DNA of 64,000 nt from the human T2T-CHM13v2.0 reference genome, Homo sapiens: assembly GCF_009914755.1 (NCBI RefSeq), contig NC_060927.1, one strand, 5' to 3'. Position numbers and translations under genes: made by a program. The notes beneath the pieces were generated by a model that was not told the DNA's origin, did not search any database, and worked only from the letters and a program-made list of their open reading frames with translations. This document shows, piece by piece, positions 56,409-64,000 of this stretch (its first letter is position 1; every line of letters starts with the position of its first letter).

Positions 56409-58381
56409 ATCTCACCCTTCAAATCCCTACCCCATTTCCAATCTCCAACTGGCCCTCCTGAAAGTATCTGACACAGAGGTCAGCCATGTTTTCTACCAGT
56501 TAATTTAAAAGAAATATAATGAACAGTGAAAGCCACAAAAGGAATATAAAGTGAATAAATTCCCACTCCCTGCCATCAAAATCCAATTGATAGATTTTTA
56601 CTTTACCCTCTGGGCTGAGGAAATACTCTGGCCTCTCCTTAGGGCAGCATTTCACATCTTTCATAGCCCAGAGGCAAGTCAATCTTGTGCATGGTTCCAT
56701 GTCTTGAAAGGAGAGAAAAGGTGGCTTCTTTTATCTCTGTGTTGCCATCCTGACTGCTCCTTACTGTGTTCAGCTTTTGCCTTTTTTTCCTGTAGTCTTT
56801 TTCTCTGCAGGATTGACAAACTCCTGAAGTCTCTATGGTCAGTCTTTATGGGTTTCTCTTTCTTGCTCCACTCTATGACAAATTCTGAATCACTGTCATG
56901 TTAGAAGGGAGAAATACATCTGTTACTTAGAATCTGGTTTAAACAGAACAGAAATGGCTCCTTAAGCTCAGGTTTGATAATATTTCTTTTAATGGATTCC
57001 CTCATAAAATCTGCATGAAAGCAGTTTCTTTCAAACAACAAATGAATTTATAGTGATCATTTCTATGTGGCTATTCAGTATAAATAAGCTAGCCTTTAAG
57101 CTGAGGCATCACTGAAATATAGCAGACACTTGTCTCTGTAGAAACAAAACAGAGTGCTGTGCCACATACATTGACCTTTCCAAATAATCTTGCTTTCTGA
57201 ACCAAAGGAAATGTTAATTTCCTCAAGAGCAAGAGCTGATGCATTTGTCAAAGATAAATGAAAAAGGACACAATAGCAACACACTTCAAATGTGCTCTGG
57301 ATACCGAAAGATAGCAAACATCAGTGACCTCAAGAACTAAAGTGGGATTTGGAGGTCCCCAAGTATAATGTATTCACTGGCACTTTTTAGTTCAAATGGA
57401 CAGGCAATGGAGCAGAATTAATGCCCTGTGGAACTCATGGCTGTGCATCAAAATCCACCAAGTTACCAAGACCTATGGGCCTTCCAAACAACCCAGGCAA
57501 AGGTGGCACTCTTTACAGTGTGTCTGACTAGCAGAATACAGATTCGATTTTCTGACCCTTGAGAAAAACACAGAGCAGTCACTTTGAGCTAAGACTCCAA
57601 ATTACAGCTGTGGTTCAACAGCTGTAATTGAAGAGCCAGAGAAAGAAAAGAACAGCCGATTGAATATAGAAATAAATAATTTGTCATCTCAAAATGCTTC
57701 CAAAGTGCAATAAAAGACTGTTTCTAATGTAACTGAAATGATTCTGGAGATGAAATGATGTCAGCATTTGGTGAAGGCATATTAGGAAAACACAGTTGCC
57801 TGAGTGGAAAACTCACAAAGCCCTTAGCTGGGCCTAATGATGTATGGAAAAAAGGAACATTATGGGGTCACCCACTTCATGCCACCACAAATTAACATGA
57901 TGGAACACATCAAAGACACCAAGCAGACTCCTTGGCTGTATGCATCAGCGAGGGCCCCTCTGACTTCAACTGGAAGAACTTATGATAATAAAAGTAAAAA
58001 TGAAAAGAAGGGCTTTGCCAAACTTCCAACAAGAATCCTGTTTGAGGCTACCGGTGGGTGGACAGGAGAGCGGGAGGTGAGGGAGAAGGCATGGTGCAGG
58101 GCACACAATTATGCCTTTGGAAATGGAAGGGAAAACATGGACCCTACATTTCTTTAAGATAATACGGTTTAGTTCAACAAACATTAACTGAACATTATTA
58201 AATGATAGGCAGACATTATACTTAGCACTGAGAATTCTAGAAAATCACAACACTTACTGTCATGAAGTTACTGCCTGGTGGAGAATAAATTATGTACTAC
58301 AATCTGTTTATGCTAAAAACACATATAAAGCCGAAAATGATTTGTTCTATCTGAAAAATCAAAAAGAATCCACACATGCAG

Positions 58382-58504
58382 ATATGGTAAGCATGGGTTT
58401 GAAGTGTGAATATGAATTCACTATATGGTAAGCATGGGTTTGAAGTGTGAATATGAATTCACTATATGGTAAGCATGGGTTAGAAGTGTGAATATGAATT
58501 CACT
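58382..58504. repeat. 41-bp tandem repeat, 3 copies
   Basis: atatggtaagcatgggtttgaagtgtgaatatgaattcact at 58382, 58423 and 58464; one mismatch in copy 3. Confidence 0.97.
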
Positions 58505-58891
58505 ATGCTGAAGGGTCAGGAAAGGACATACCGACCTGGCCCTAAGAATGAAGTATTACAATTGGAGTGAATATCCAGAACCACTATTGCCAAGGAACTA
58601 TTTTCTTTTTCTCCAATTCCTCTCTTCACATTTTCTTTTTTTTTTTAAGGGTGTAATCCCTAGAATTTGTTTTTTGTTTTTTTTTAATTATACTTTAAGT
58701 TTTAGGGTACATGTGCACAACGTGGAGGTTTGTTACATATATATACATGTGTCATGTTGCTGTGCTGCGCCCATTAACTCGTCATTTAACATTAGGTATA
58801 TCTGCAAATGCTATCCCTCCCCCCTCCCCCAACCCCACAACGGGCCCCGGTGTGTGATGTTCCCCTTCCTGTGTCCATGTGTTCTGATTGT

Positions 58892-62710
<3,819 letters not shown>

Positions 62711-62773
62711 TATGATGTTAGCTGGTTATTTTGCTCGTTAGTTGATGCACTTTCTTCCTACCCTTGATGATCT

Positions 62774-63788
62774 TTACAATTTGGCATGTTTTTGCAGTAG
62801 CTGGTACTGGTTGTTCCTTTCCATGTTTAGTGCTTCCTTCAGGAGCTCTTTTAGGGCAGGCCTGGTGGTGACAAAATCTCACAGAATTTGCTTGTCTGTA
62901 AAGGATTTTATTTCTCCTTCACTTATGAAGCTTAGTTTGGCTGGATAAGAAATTCTGGGTTGAAAATTCTTGTTTTTAAGAATGTTGAATATTTTCCCCC
63001 ACTCTCTTCTGGTTTGTAGAGTTTCTGCCGAGAGATCAGCTGTTAGTCTGATGGGCTTCCCTTTGTGGGTAACCCGACCTTTCTCTCTGGCTGCCCTTAA
63101 CACTTTTTCCTTCATTTCAACTTTGGTGAATCTGACAATTATGTGTCTTGGAGTTGCTCTTCTTGAGGAGTACCTTTCTGGTGTTCTCTGTATTTCCTGA
63201 ATTTGAATGTTGGCCTGCCTTGCTAGATTGGGGAAGTTCTACTGGATAATATCCTGCAGAGTGTTTTCCAGCTTGGGTCCATTCTCCCCATCACTTTCAG
63301 GTACACCAATCAGACGTAGATTTGGTCTTTTCACATAGTCCCATATTTCTTGGAGGCTTTGTTAATTTCTTTTTATTCTTTTTTCTCTAAACTCTCTTCT
63401 TGCTTCATTTCATTCATTTGATCTTCCATCAATGATACCCTTTCTTCCAGTTGATTAAATAGGCTACTGAGGCTTGTGCATTCATCATGTAGTTCTCGTG
63501 CCATGGTTTTCAGCTCCATCAGGGTCTTTAAGGACTTCTCTGCATTGGATATTCTAGTTAGCCATTCGTCTAATCTTTTTTCAAGGTTTTTAACTTCTTT
63601 GCCATGGGTTCAAACTTCCTCCTTTAGCTTGGAGTAGTTTGACCATCTGAAGCCTTCTTATCTCAACTCATCAAAGTCATTCTCCATCCAGCTTTGTTCC
63701 ATTGCTGGTGAGGAGCTGTGTTCCTTTGGAGGAGGAGAGGTGCTCTGATTTTTAGATTTTTCAGTTTTTCTGCTGTTTTTTTCCTCAT
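62774..63788 (-). pseudogene. L1 ORF1p remnant
   Basis: MKEKVLRAAREKGRVTHKGKPIRLTADLSAETLQ in ORF 62879..63115; frame broken elsewhere. Confidence 0.92.
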
Positions 63789-64000
63789 CTTTGTGGTTTT
63801 ATCTACCTTTGGTTTTTCATGATGGTGACCTACAAATGGGGTTTTGGTGTGGATTTTCTTTCTGTTTGTTAGTTTTCCTTCTAACAGTCAGGACCCTCAG
63901 CTGCAGGTCTGTTGGAGTTTGCTGGAGGTCCACTCCAGACCCTGTTTGCCTGGGTATCAGCAGTGGAGGCTGCAGAACAGTGGATATTGGTGAGCAGCAA

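Noticed and set aside
57600-57629. Inverted repeat aattacagctgt-ggttca-acagctgtaatt with two CAGCTG E-boxes
   Set aside because: The arms are only 12 bp and partly self-palindromic; one such hairpin in 34 kb is not clearly beyond chance, and it is too short for a miRNA precursor.

Overview
Primate (most likely human) centromere-edge DNA with no supportable protein-coding or RNA gene, and no new enzymatic or defence-type system. Bases 1 to ~30347 are an alpha-satellite higher-order repeat (HOR) array of about 178 monomers of ~170 bp. The basic unit is a 1698-1701 bp 10-mer built from two related pentamers, with 12-mer and 7-mer structural variants and nested tandem duplications of 340, 2038, ~3397 and 5775 bp. 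None of its four B-type monomer classes has an intact CENP-B box, which suggests an inactive array. The monomers look SF1/SF01-type; a match to the chr3 10-mer D3-2/S01C3H2 is a guess from memory. The array stops abruptly mid-monomer and is followed by ~34 kb of satellite-free sequence full of old interspersed repeats (L1M, L2, MIR, MaLR LTRs, hAT MERs, Alus). This part holds a nested L1 stack with a twin-priming inversion, and two long L1PA elements in tail-to-tail inverted orientation. The most interesting signal is that these two L1PAs share many non-consensus variants, including the same ORF2 stop codon, suggesting ancient gene conversion between inverted repeats. A ~60-bp locally templated insertion and the layered HOR duplication history are also notable. 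Subfamily names and consensus comparisons are from memory, and boundaries of old repeats are approximate.
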